From an uncultured Pseudomonadota bacterium (GTDB taxonomy: Bacteria; Pseudomonadota; Alphaproteobacteria; RF32; CAG-239), in NCBI GenBank assembly GCA_902799835.1, contig CADCCF010000005.1, positions 58,813-122,812 of the forward strand: DNA of 64,000 bases, in the 5' to 3' direction. Under the pieces are notes generated by a model. It searched no databases, had not been told where the DNA came from, and saw nothing but the letters and a program-made list of their open reading frames with translations. The stretch's first letter is position 1, and every line of letters begins with the position of its first letter. Both the position numbers and the translations under genes were made by a program. Of the stretch, positions 9,866 to 18,961 are shown piece by piece.

Positions 9866-11045
9866 TTGCATTATACTTCCAGGTTTAAGAATTAGTCAGC
9901 CAATAGGAGATTTATATGTAGCTAAAATTAAGGCAAAAGACCTACTTAACATATCATATTCTGATGTAAGATCAATTGCAGATGAAACATATAGAAACAC
10001 TTATTTAGGGATACAGAGAAAACTAGATCACAAAAGAGAACAAGAAATTGCAGAATATGTGCAAACTTTTGATGCAACTTTTCCAACATCTATAATAGTT
10101 TATATAGATGAAAATAACGTAGAAATAACAGAAAATAGTATTAGTGGGGTATCCCAAATTAAAATATTAAATGTATCAGATAAAATTGCAAAAGTTATTG
10201 ATGGACAACATAGATTGGCAGGCCTTCAGGCGGCAATAGACTATTTAGAAAAAAACAATAGTGATTTATTTAATAGCCATGAAAAAGAGTTACAAAATAT
10301 AAAAGATTTTGAACTCTCATTAACAATATTAATAGGCATGGATATTGCTGAACAGGCTAATATTTTCTCTAAAGTCAACTTAACGCAAACAAAAGTTAAC
10401 AAAAGTTTGGTTTACGATTTAGAAGAATATAGCAAGGTAAGATCACCTTATAAATCAGCTCATAATATAGCAATAGCCCTCAATTATAATGAAACTTCTC
10501 CATTTTATAAAAAGATTAAAAGGTTAGGATATATTGATCTCGGTGGGGAAACGTTGACGCAACAAACTTTTGTGGAAAGTTTGACTAAATTATTTTTATC
10601 TTCAAATCCAGAGAAAGACAGGGATGATATGGCTAGAAAAGGTAATATATCAAACGATGATTTTGATGAAAAATTTCCTTTCCGGAAATTATTTGCGGAT
10701 GATAAAGATATTATAATCGCAAAAATTTTATATAATTACTTTAACGCAGTTAAAAATAAATGGCCAGATGCTTGGGGAAATAGTTATTATCTTCTTTCAA
10801 AAAATAATGGTTTTAGAGCTTTGATGAGATATTTGAAAGATATTTATATTAAACTATATAGTGATGATAGTGTAGTAATACCTTCTACTGACGATTTTTC
10901 AAAGTATTTTACAGATTTTGAGATAAAATCTGAAGAATTTACTCCAAAAAGTTTTAAACTTGGAGAAAGTGGAATGAATGAGTTTTATAAATATTTAAAA
11001 GGCGAATTATCTTACCAGGACCTAATGTTAAATAAAAAATCCTGA
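9858..11045 (+). CDS. DGQHR (DndB-like) domain protein
   Basis: GIQRKLD..R, TFPTSII, KVIDGQHRLAG, QANIFSKVNLTQTKV. Confidence 0.9.
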   Translation: MSNCIILPGLRISQPIGDLYVAKIKAKDLLNISYSDVRSIADETYRNTYLGIQRKLDHKREQEIAEYVQTFDATFPTSIIVYIDENNVEITENSISGVSQIKILNVSDKIAKVIDGQHRLAGLQAAIDYLEKNNSDLFNSHEKELQNIKDFELSLTILIGMDIAEQANIFSKVNLTQTKVNKSLVYDLEEYSKVRSPYKSAHNIAIALNYNETSPFYKKIKRLGYIDLGGETLTQQTFVESLTKLFLSSNPEKDRDDMARKGNISNDDFDEKFPFRKLFADDKDIIIAKILYNYFNAVKNKWPDAWGNSYYLLSKNNGFRALMRYLKDIYIKLYSDDSVVIPSTDDFSKYFTDFEIKSEEFTPKSFKLGESGMNEFYKYLKGELSYQDLMLNKKS

Positions 11046-11087
11046 GAGCAAATACGAAGAGATAGATAATACTAAACAAAAACCTAG

Positions 11088-11936
11088 CTATCTATTTAAT
11101 AAAATTGTCAGTTTATTACCTTTTAGCATCCAAGTGGCAGAAGCCGGAGTTATGCTTCCATCCTCTGAAAGCAGTCCATATTTACGATATATTTTTGTTA
11201 CCCCTGCAAGATAATTTCTTCCTTTATTTATAGAAAGCTTTTCACTAAATTCATTGTTAAAACAAACAGAAATAGATGTTTGCTCTAAGGGGATTCTATC
11301 TAAAATTATTCTTGGAATAGATAAGATCCTTGCTCGTATATCATTTGCTGTAATTTTCTTTTCTACAGTAATGACATCTACTGAAGATGAATTTTGATTA
11401 TTTTCCGAAGCAAGAATAGGTTTTACAGTTATATCAGACATCAATTTATCCATAGATTGTGAACTAAATATAGGCTTATAAACAAAACCTAGTTCATTAT
11501 CTATACAACTATCAACCAGAGTTCTCCCATCAATTAAGATTATTGGAGGATTTCTTAAGTTTTCAAATTCATCACGAGTTGGCTTTGAAAATTTAGCTGT
11601 TGTTATAAAAATACCTGTTGAACTAAGTTTAGCTGCATTATAAGCAAAAGCCTTAACTGTATCTATGCTGATATTACTTGATGGCTTATATCTTTTTGCT
11701 TGGACGCAGTATTTTATGTAATCTTGACCATCTAAATCACCAATGCCATTACGAATAGCTATTAAATCTATTCCCCCATCACGAGAAGGTTGAGTTACAA
11801 CAACTTCTTCCAGTCCTATCTTTTCTAGATAAGTTTTTAAAAATTTTTCAAATTTATAACCATCCTCAAAATAGCTGTAAAACTGATTAATAATGGAATC
11901 ATATTCGTCATCGGATAAATTAATATTATGTTTCAT
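11088..11936 (-). CDS. Mrr-family restriction endonuclease (Mrr_cat) with extra C-terminal domain
   Basis: FEKFL..YL..IG, TQPSRDGGIDL, VQAKRY, GIFITTAKFS, ILIDG. Confidence 0.85.
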   Translation of the reverse strand: MKHNINLSDDEYDSIINQFYSYFEDGYKFEKFLKTYLEKIGLEEVVVTQPSRDGGIDLIAIRNGIGDLDGQDYIKYCVQAKRYKPSSNISIDTVKAFAYNAAKLSSTGIFITTAKFSKPTRDEFENLRNPPIILIDGRTLVDSCIDNELGFVYKPIFSSQSMDKLMSDITVKPILASENNQNSSSVDVITVEKKITANDIRARILSIPRIILDRIPLEQTSISVCFNNEFSEKLSINKGRNYLAGVTKIYRKYGLLSEDGSITPASATWMLKGNKLTILLNR

Positions 11937-12051
11937 TGGAAGCTCACTTTTTTACTATTATAAGTAACAGGATATTATGAAATGATTATATTTCAAGCAA
12001 ATTTCTAAAATAATAACCTGTTTCATTTGGTATAATTTTCTCATTTTCACC

Positions 12052-12108
12052 AAATAACATGCATTCTTTGCAAAATTTTTGCAAAGAATGGCAGTTAATA
12101 GCTAAAAA
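12052..12108 (+). repeat. Palindromic direct repeat, copy 2 (pairs with 5142..5198)
   Basis: CATTCTTTGCAAAA-T-TTTTGCAAAGAATG plus flank CAGTTAATAGCTAAAAA; offset 6910 bp from copy 1. Confidence 0.8.
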
Positions 12109-12208
12109 GTGGCAAATTAACGCATCAGAACAATTCTTATTCAAATATGTTTACTTTTCAAAATATGCTTTTTATAATCACTAAAGACTTATAAATTGGA
12201 GTGAATAT

Positions 12209-13087
12209 ATGAGTGCATTGGCTTGGCTTATCGGGACTGTATTAACGGCTGGAATTCTTTCCTCGGGTAAGAAAAAGGAGCTTGATGCTTATCAGTTGTT
12301 AAGCAAGCAAGGCGATAAGATGTTTGATGAGGCGTGGGAAAAACGCCAGAAAAGAGCTAATAAGAAAAATGCTTATGATGTATTAGGAATTGAGCCGACA
12401 GCAACATCAGAAGAAATAAAAGCAGCCTATAAGGCTATGGTGAAGCGGTATCATCCCGACCATAACGAAAGCAAAAATGCGGCATCTCAATTCAGAGCCG
12501 TTAAAAAGGCTTATGATATTTTGAAAGATGAGGAGAAAAAAGCCGAGTATGATGCTAATATACTTCCTCGGGCAAAAAAGGTTTTACTGGTAGGCTTTTC
12601 GGTTCAGCAGTTACGATTGACTTTGGCTGAACACATGAAGATTGATTCCAAAACGATTAAATTCACGCAAACCGGTGATGTTTTTATCAATGATGAATTT
12701 TCCGCCTGCTGGTGCGAATTTGGTGGTTTCTTTGTTTATTATGAACCGCAAACAGCTAAAAACATTAAGTTTGACGATACTATCCACGAGGTTATCTTTT
12801 ATACTTCTTATAGTATGTATGAGTTAGAAGAAATGATAGCAATGAGTTTCGGTTGTATGTCATCAGCAATAGAGCTTAAGTATAACGGATTTGATTTGAG
12901 TAGCGGAATAGTCTTAAAATATGGCGAGTATGCACTATGTTGGCGACAAATTAATGAAGACTACTATGAATATTATATTCCGACAGTTTATTATACGCCT
13001 GAAGGAATAAACACCGAAGAAGACGATTTTGATGACTTTGACCTTTCTGACGAACCGGAAGATGTTAAGGAAATAAGTCACAGTTAA
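12209..13087 (+). CDS. DnaJ-domain protein with N-terminal hydrophobic segment
   Basis: AYDVLGI...EIKAAYKAMVKRYHPDHN...F..VKKAYDILKD J-domain with HPD. Confidence 0.85.
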   Translation: MSALAWLIGTVLTAGILSSGKKKELDAYQLLSKQGDKMFDEAWEKRQKRANKKNAYDVLGIEPTATSEEIKAAYKAMVKRYHPDHNESKNAASQFRAVKKAYDILKDEEKKAEYDANILPRAKKVLLVGFSVQQLRLTLAEHMKIDSKTIKFTQTGDVFINDEFSACWCEFGGFFVYYEPQTAKNIKFDDTIHEVIFYTSYSMYELEEMIAMSFGCMSSAIELKYNGFDLSSGIVLKYGEYALCWRQINEDYYEYYIPTVYYTPEGINTEEDDFDDFDLSDEPEDVKEISHS

Positions 13088-13605
13088 GCAGCCGCTTGTA
13101 CATCCATCATCTGCCCAATCATCATATCAATCTGCTCTTTGGTGCAGCCTTGGGCAGTGAAGATGTTTTCCAGTTGCTTAACCCTTAATTCTGCTTGGAA
13201 AAGTTTGCTCTGTAGGCTTGTATTTTCTCTTTCCAGTGTCTCTATACGGATTTTAGCCAATTCAAGCTCATGGGCGGAATATTGGGCTTCTCTTTCATAG
13301 TATTCCTTATCATCTCTCAAGGATTTCTTATCAATATTATTCATATTCTCAATAATTGGTGCAAATTCTTTACCGGTATAGACCATATGGCGGCGTCCTT
13401 GCTTATCATAGCCCAATTGTAAATATTCCAGCTTAACAAGTTTAGCAATGGCTTTCCTAACGGTATCAGGCTGAACATCAACACATTTGGCGATGTTTTT
13501 ATTATCTCCGAAGAATGTCGGATGTTTGGGATTTTTAGTGCGATAGATAACTAATTGTATGATTAATCTTTCTGTAACAGACAGTTCTGTTTTACTTCTA
13601 CTCAT
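13084..13605 (-). CDS. Winged-helix protein with coiled-coil tail, putative replication initiator
   Basis: LSVTERLI...FFGDNKNIAKCVDVQPDTVRKAIAKLVKLEYL resembles phage/plasmid Rep N-terminal wHTH; adjacent to iteron array. Confidence 0.6.
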   Translation of the reverse strand: MSRSKTELSVTERLIIQLVIYRTKNPKHPTFFGDNKNIAKCVDVQPDTVRKAIAKLVKLEYLQLGYDKQGRRHMVYTGKEFAPIIENMNNIDKKSLRDDKEYYEREAQYSAHELELAKIRIETLERENTSLQSKLFQAELRVKQLENIFTAQGCTKEQIDMMIGQMMDVQAAA

Positions 13606-13658
13606 ATTGTTTCCTTTAATAAATTCCTATAATTATTTATCAGGGAAAATAAGGCTTT

Positions 13659-13790
13659 GGCATTTATATCCGCCCCCTTGGCATCTATATCCGGATTTTT
13701 GAGGTTTTTGGCACGTATATCCGGTTTTGGTGGCATTTATATCCGGTTTGGGCGGCACGTATATCCGGTTTAGGCGGCACGTATATCCGG
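13659..13790 (+). repeat. Six iteron-like direct repeats GGCA(T/C)(T/G/C)TATATCCG
   Basis: Copies start at 13659, 13680, 13710, 13732, 13754, 13776 (spacing 21,30,22,22,22); AT-rich tract at ~13846-13886 follows. Confidence 0.85.
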
Positions 13791-14199
13791 CTTTGAAAAT
13801 CCAAACACCTTGTAAAATAAGGGTTAAAGGGCAATTTTTTGCTCCTAAAATATAATATAATATAATAGAAAATATATTTTAAAATAGAGCACTTTTTGTC
13901 CGGAATTAAAATAGAAAACCAAAGTAATTTCCTGATGAATTAATAATAACAAATGAGCAAATAGATTCGCAAAAATAAAATCTGCAATTAATGACGAAAA
14001 TAATATTGACGACAAATGACTCGTATAAAAATTGAGGTTCAATTTAACTGATAACAAAATCAAAGGAAAATGGAAATTCAGTGGGGCGAGGGCTTTTCGT
14101 GGAAAAAATATAGAAGTTTACGTGTAATGAAACGCTTATGGCTTGACAACAGAGACATATGATGAAAATATAGACATAGATTGATTTTAGGAATAAGCG

Positions 14200-14820
14200 A
14201 TGTGTGAGACGATTTGTTTTATAATACAAGAAATTCAAAATTTTTGCTTAATTGGTTGGAGTTATATATTAAAACTTATAAAATGTATATTTGAGATAGA
14301 AACATTATTAGCAATATTTGGGGGATACATTGCTTGGCAACAATGGCAAACCAGTGAGAGAAAACGTAAGCAAGATTTATTTGAAAAACGTTATGACAAT
14401 CTATATCTACCAATACTAAAATGTTCAGAAAGCATCATGCATATCAAGGATAGCAAAGTTTCAAAAGAGAAGAGAAAACAGCAGATAGAAAATGAAATAG
14501 CAGAATTTTGGAAGCAATATAACAAGTATAAATTTTTAATTTCTGAACAAGATGATGAAAAATTAAATAATCACTACAAATATATTTTGGAAATTGTTCA
14601 GAATAATGGGGCAAGTGATGTTGAACAATTGGGTAATCTATTTGCTCTTTTAGGTCATTTATCACAAATGGAAATGTTATTGGCACAATATTTGAGAATT
14701 GAACAAGGAAGTCTGCTTTATAAAATTAGAAAGTGTTTTCAAAAAAAATACAGCATGAAAGAAATAATAACAATGCTTGCTAATTCTTCGCAACAGCAAG
14801 ATAATAATGCTAAAAAATAG
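14200..14820 (+). CDS. Hypothetical protein with N-terminal TM segment
   Basis: LLAIFGGYIAWQQWQT..RKRKQDLFEKRY, typical TM + helical accessory protein. Confidence 0.65.
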   Translation: MCETICFIIQEIQNFCLIGWSYILKLIKCIFEIETLLAIFGGYIAWQQWQTSERKRKQDLFEKRYDNLYLPILKCSESIMHIKDSKVSKEKRKQQIENEIAEFWKQYNKYKFLISEQDDEKLNNHYKYILEIVQNNGASDVEQLGNLFALLGHLSQMEMLLAQYLRIEQGSLLYKIRKCFQKKYSMKEIITMLANSSQQQDNNAKK

Positions 14821-15038
14821 AAAAATGCTATCGGTTACCCAATAGCACTTGAGATGAAATTTATATTGAAACAATACGAGCAGAAATCTGCTACACATAT
14901 ATTTATCTTGATTTTATCGTTATTCGCAATCAAAAAATTATCATTTTCATTTTTGTTCAAATCAAAATAGCCAAATTGCTCCTGATAAATATTTTTGTGA
15001 GGGGAACTCACGGAATTTAACTTTTAAACAATAGGAGT

Positions 15039-15644
15039 ATGATGATGCTAAAAACTTATAATAAAGAAAATAACACCTATAGTCGTTACTTCCACGTTTC
15101 AGAAATAGAAGCTGCTTTAGAGAAAATGAAGCAAATCAGCAGTCGTGTGGAATATAGACCTTTTGACGAGCTTCCTAATAGAAATCAAATAGAAGATTAC
15201 CACGTAACCATTGATGATGCTAATAGCTTGGAAAGGATGTTTGCAGATAATCCGGCTTTCAAATTGGAACACCCGATGGATATTATGAGAAGAACCATAT
15301 TGTTAGTGGCTTGCGGTATGAGTGAAGACACCGAAGGAATTGAATACTTGATTAACAAAGGTGCGGAAATTAACCGAAATGATTTGATTGGCGAAAATGC
15401 TTTAATGTATATCATTCAGAACCCAAATATGCCAACAGAAGAAAAGCTGAAAGCTGTTCAATTACTGATAGACCATGGAATTGATGTTAATTGGCTTAAT
15501 AGCCGTTTTGAAACACCTTTGATGATGGCATTAAATCAGATTGAAATAGAAGTTGCCGACCTTTTAATAGAAAATGGTGGAATTGTTTATAAACCTCCAT
15601 TCAGACCACAAGAAGAAAATACCGAAGAAGAAAACAAAGAATAA
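15039..15644 (+). CDS. Ankyrin repeat protein
   Basis: EYLINKGAEIN, GENALMY, LLIDHGIDVN, ETPLMMAL. Confidence 0.85.
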   Translation: MMMLKTYNKENNTYSRYFHVSEIEAALEKMKQISSRVEYRPFDELPNRNQIEDYHVTIDDANSLERMFADNPAFKLEHPMDIMRRTILLVACGMSEDTEGIEYLINKGAEINRNDLIGENALMYIIQNPNMPTEEKLKAVQLLIDHGIDVNWLNSRFETPLMMALNQIEIEVADLLIENGGIVYKPPFRPQEENTEEENKE

Positions 15645-15664
15645 CTCCTGACATATGTTCTGCC

Positions 15665-15700
15665 AAGCCGCTGCAAGAAATTGTGGCGGTTTTCTTATTT
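15665..15700 (+). terminator. Intrinsic terminator
   Basis: AAGCCGCTGCAA-gaaa-TTGTGGCGGTTT followed by T-rich tract. Confidence 0.65.
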
Positions 15701-15760
15701 TATTTTAAAGAACAAAACAAGAACGATTTTTTCTTGACAAATGGTTTTTAAGCCATAATA

Positions 15761-16303
15761 ATGAACCTTATGAAAAAAGTGCTATTTGTTATTTTAGTCG
15801 GATTATTTGTTTGTCTTCCTTGTGCTGCAAAGGTTGATGTTAAGTTTACGCCTTCAAATGATTGTGAAGACTCCATTATTAAGTATATTAATTCTTCAGA
15901 AAAGACGATTGATATAGCAGTATATTCAATTAACAATGATAAAATTGTTGATGCTTTGAAAAATGCTTATGATAGAGGTGTTAAGTTAAGAATTTTAACT
16001 GATAAATTACAAGCTTCGGCAAAATCATCAAAAGTTATTGATTTATACAAATATGGCATTAACATAAGAGTTAATAGCAAACACAAAATAGAACATAATA
16101 AATTTGCGATTTATGATAGGCAAGTAGCATCTACAGGCTCTTTTAATTGGACTAACCCAGCAAGTGATAAGAATAGTGAAAACTGCGTGTTTTTAGTCCA
16201 AGATAAAAACGCTGTAAACAAGTATTGCCAACGTTTTGAGCAACTTTGGAGTATGAATACACAACAAAAGTCGGATAACTGGTTTAAGAACAAGGGAATT
16301 TGA
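15761..16303 (+). CDS. Secreted phospholipase D-family (Nuc-like) nuclease
   Basis: Signal peptide; IDIAVYS, HNKFAIYD (HKD), TGSFNWT, NSEN. Confidence 0.88.
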   Translation: MNLMKKVLFVILVGLFVCLPCAAKVDVKFTPSNDCEDSIIKYINSSEKTIDIAVYSINNDKIVDALKNAYDRGVKLRILTDKLQASAKSSKVIDLYKYGINIRVNSKHKIEHNKFAIYDRQVASTGSFNWTNPASDKNSENCVFLVQDKNAVNKYCQRFEQLWSMNTQQKSDNWFKNKGI

Positions 16304-17676
16304 TAATGATTAATATAAAAAAGTTTGTTTTACTGTTGATTGGTTCATTATTAATAGCATTTAACACAATAGCTAAAGAAGATGTTATTAATACAAATGC
16401 TGATAATATTTTACAGAACTATACTAAAAACGGATTAAAATATTTTTCAAAAGGACATTCAAAAGCAGAAGGATTAAATATTGAGATTAAATTTCCTTCT
16501 GAATGGCAAGCCAAGGAAGGAAATCGTCCACACATTGTTCAGAAATTTGTTTCAAAAGATGATCCGTGTACTTGCAATTTGCTTGTAAAAAACACTCCAG
16601 AAACCTTTTCTTCAAAAGAATGGGAAGAAATGATACAAGACACTGAAGGTGTTAAAAATGTTTTATTTTCTGATATAGAAACTAAAGATATAAAGGTGAC
16701 TCCTACAAAATATAGTGGTATTCCAGGCGTCCTTTCAGAGGTTGTGTATAAAGGAGAGCAGGCAGGAATCACTATATTTTTTAATGGTATTTCGCACATT
16801 TTGTTTTTTAAGGATAAAATGATTAGTCTTGATTGTGCAGTTGGGACCCCAAAACAAGAAGTATCATCTGAACTTATGAAAAAATATTATTCAGTATTCA
16901 GAAAAATGGGAAATGATATAATTTTACATAACAAATACACCGAAGAAGATGCGGAGGAATCTGTCCAAAAACCTACTAAAATAGAAAATAATAACTTAAT
17001 TTCAAATGTTAGTCCTTTAATTATTCTTATTTTTGCATATGGATTAGGTTTATTGGTGCCATTAATTATTCGTTTTGCTTGTAAGAAAAGACTACCAAAA
17101 TCCTTATCTTTTCTTATTGTGTTTTCTTTAATGTTAGTTCAATTTGTTATTATAGAATCATTTACCAGTGATTATGAAAACAATAAGTACTTAGGTTTAT
17201 TGGTTGCTGCTTTTATCGGGTATGGTATAATTGTTGAGAAAGAAGATTCAAAGGTCATAGAGACAAGTAAAGAAGATAAAGAAAGTAAAAAAGAAGATAA
17301 AGAAAATAAAATAATAACAGAAAATACTAATGAGAAATGCGATAAATTTCCATTATCTCGTTTATTAGTGGCTTCATTTTTAGGAGCACTTTTAGCATAT
17401 GTGTCTAGTGCAAACATGAAATTTATTGAACACGAGGTTTTTTATACTGTTTCATATACAAGAATGTTTATAATATCCTTGTTGATGTGTTCAGTACCAA
17501 TGAGTATTGCGTATCTTAGAAAAATACAAAAAAGAGAAATAGTTTATTGGTTATCTTTTTTGGGATTGATATGTCCATTTGGACTAGTAATACTTGTAAT
17601 AGCTTTAGTAATTTCAATATTTGGCAAGAAGCAATCTACAGTTGAAAACATTACTGGTAAAAAAGCAGATGAATAG
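16300..17676 (+). CDS. Membrane protein: signal peptide, periplasmic domain, multiple C-terminal TM helices
   Basis: Hydrophobicity pattern; EGNRPHIVQKF; no family recognised. Confidence 0.7.
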   Translation: MIMINIKKFVLLLIGSLLIAFNTIAKEDVINTNADNILQNYTKNGLKYFSKGHSKAEGLNIEIKFPSEWQAKEGNRPHIVQKFVSKDDPCTCNLLVKNTPETFSSKEWEEMIQDTEGVKNVLFSDIETKDIKVTPTKYSGIPGVLSEVVYKGEQAGITIFFNGISHILFFKDKMISLDCAVGTPKQEVSSELMKKYYSVFRKMGNDIILHNKYTEEDAEESVQKPTKIENNNLISNVSPLIILIFAYGLGLLVPLIIRFACKKRLPKSLSFLIVFSLMLVQFVIIESFTSDYENNKYLGLLVAAFIGYGIIVEKEDSKVIETSKEDKESKKEDKENKIITENTNEKCDKFPLSRLLVASFLGALLAYVSSANMKFIEHEVFYTVSYTRMFIISLLMCSVPMSIAYLRKIQKREIVYWLSFLGLICPFGLVILVIALVISIFGKKQSTVENITGKKADE

Positions 17677-17711
17677 AATTTAATGTATTTAATATAAAAG
17701 AGGACAGACAA

Positions 17712-18854
17712 ATGCCTAAATCAGTTAATAAAAAGGAAAATGTAAAAACAATATCTAATCTAAAGAAATTTGTTTGGATAATTATCGTTATTGTTTTTTT
17801 TATAGTGCTTTACGCATTACCATTAGCTGTAAACAGATATAGTTATAAGAGTAAGAAAATTTCATTTCCTAATGAAAAAGAAGAAATAATGACATATCAT
17901 GAGATGAAAGCAAAATTATATGAATCTTCTTCTATTAATCATTCGGAATTTGATGATGAAAATATTATAATACAGTACAATATGCTTCCTCATGGAGAAA
18001 TATCTATATCAGATACATATAGATTATCAGATTGCAAACAAGACAATAATTGTTATTTGATTAATGGAACAAGGTATTATAAAAATGGTTCATTGAGAAC
18101 CCAGTTAGATTGTAAAGCTTATAAAACACCGTTTTTGTTTTTACATATATTATATGATGTTTTTGTTTTTGGAGATGGTATAATTCCAATAATGACGTAT
18201 GACTGTACAAGAAAAGAAATATATGAAAATGGTTCAATAAGATTAGAAGCACATTACATTGATGGTGAAGTTTTTAGTGGTAGTGTTGAAGAACGAGCTA
18301 TGAGCGATATGACAGATAATAATGTAACCGTGCATAATTTGTGTAGCCATGTAATGAATTCGTGCAAAAAATATCACTCAACATTATATTATCAAGAAAA
18401 AAAATGCATAAAAGGAAGTGATGGATATTCTTCTTCAAATAATAATTGCAAAGAAGAAGAATATATTCCCAAGAAAACAGGAGGTTATTGGTATAAGTCG
18501 TATTATCCTAGTGGCATTTTAAAAAATGAACAAGAATCTCAAGATAATCACGATAATACATGGACTTCAAAAATATTTGAAGAAAATGGTAAATTAAAAG
18601 AGAAAATTATAGAAAAAGGAAATAATAGAACAGAATATTATTATCTGCACGGAGAATTGAGGACAGTTGTTAAACGAAATAAAAAAAATAAAAAATATAG
18701 CGTAGAAGCATATTCATATTCAGGAGACTTAAACTACGAAGCAGAATTTGATGGTAAAAAATTGTTAAAAGCATATGAGTACCATGGTGGAGAAAAACAA
18801 AAAATGTCTATTGCTAAAGTTCAGAAGATATTTCATGTAGATGTAGAAGAATAA
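17712..18854 (+). CDS. Membrane-anchored protein with MORN-variant-like repeats
   Basis: N-terminal TM; YYKNGSL, IYENGSI, YYPSGIL, FEENGKL repeats. Confidence 0.7.
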   Translation: MPKSVNKKENVKTISNLKKFVWIIIVIVFFIVLYALPLAVNRYSYKSKKISFPNEKEEIMTYHEMKAKLYESSSINHSEFDDENIIIQYNMLPHGEISISDTYRLSDCKQDNNCYLINGTRYYKNGSLRTQLDCKAYKTPFLFLHILYDVFVFGDGIIPIMTYDCTRKEIYENGSIRLEAHYIDGEVFSGSVEERAMSDMTDNNVTVHNLCSHVMNSCKKYHSTLYYQEKKCIKGSDGYSSSNNNCKEEEYIPKKTGGYWYKSYYPSGILKNEQESQDNHDNTWTSKIFEENGKLKEKIIEKGNNRTEYYYLHGELRTVVKRNKKNKKYSVEAYSYSGDLNYEAEFDGKKLLKAYEYHGGEKQKMSIAKVQKIFHVDVEE

Positions 18855-18961
18855 TGCAGATTAAAAAGTTGGAATTTTGCAATTGGTTATAATTGAATTA
18901 TATTTTTCTATTATATGCATGCATAGTAATTAGAAAGATACAGTTCTATAGTAACAAAAAA

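Noticed and set aside
13659-13790. Short regularly spaced repeats as a CRISPR array
   Set aside because: Repeats ~14-15 bp with 6-15 bp similar linkers, no unique spacers, no cas genes; fits iterons
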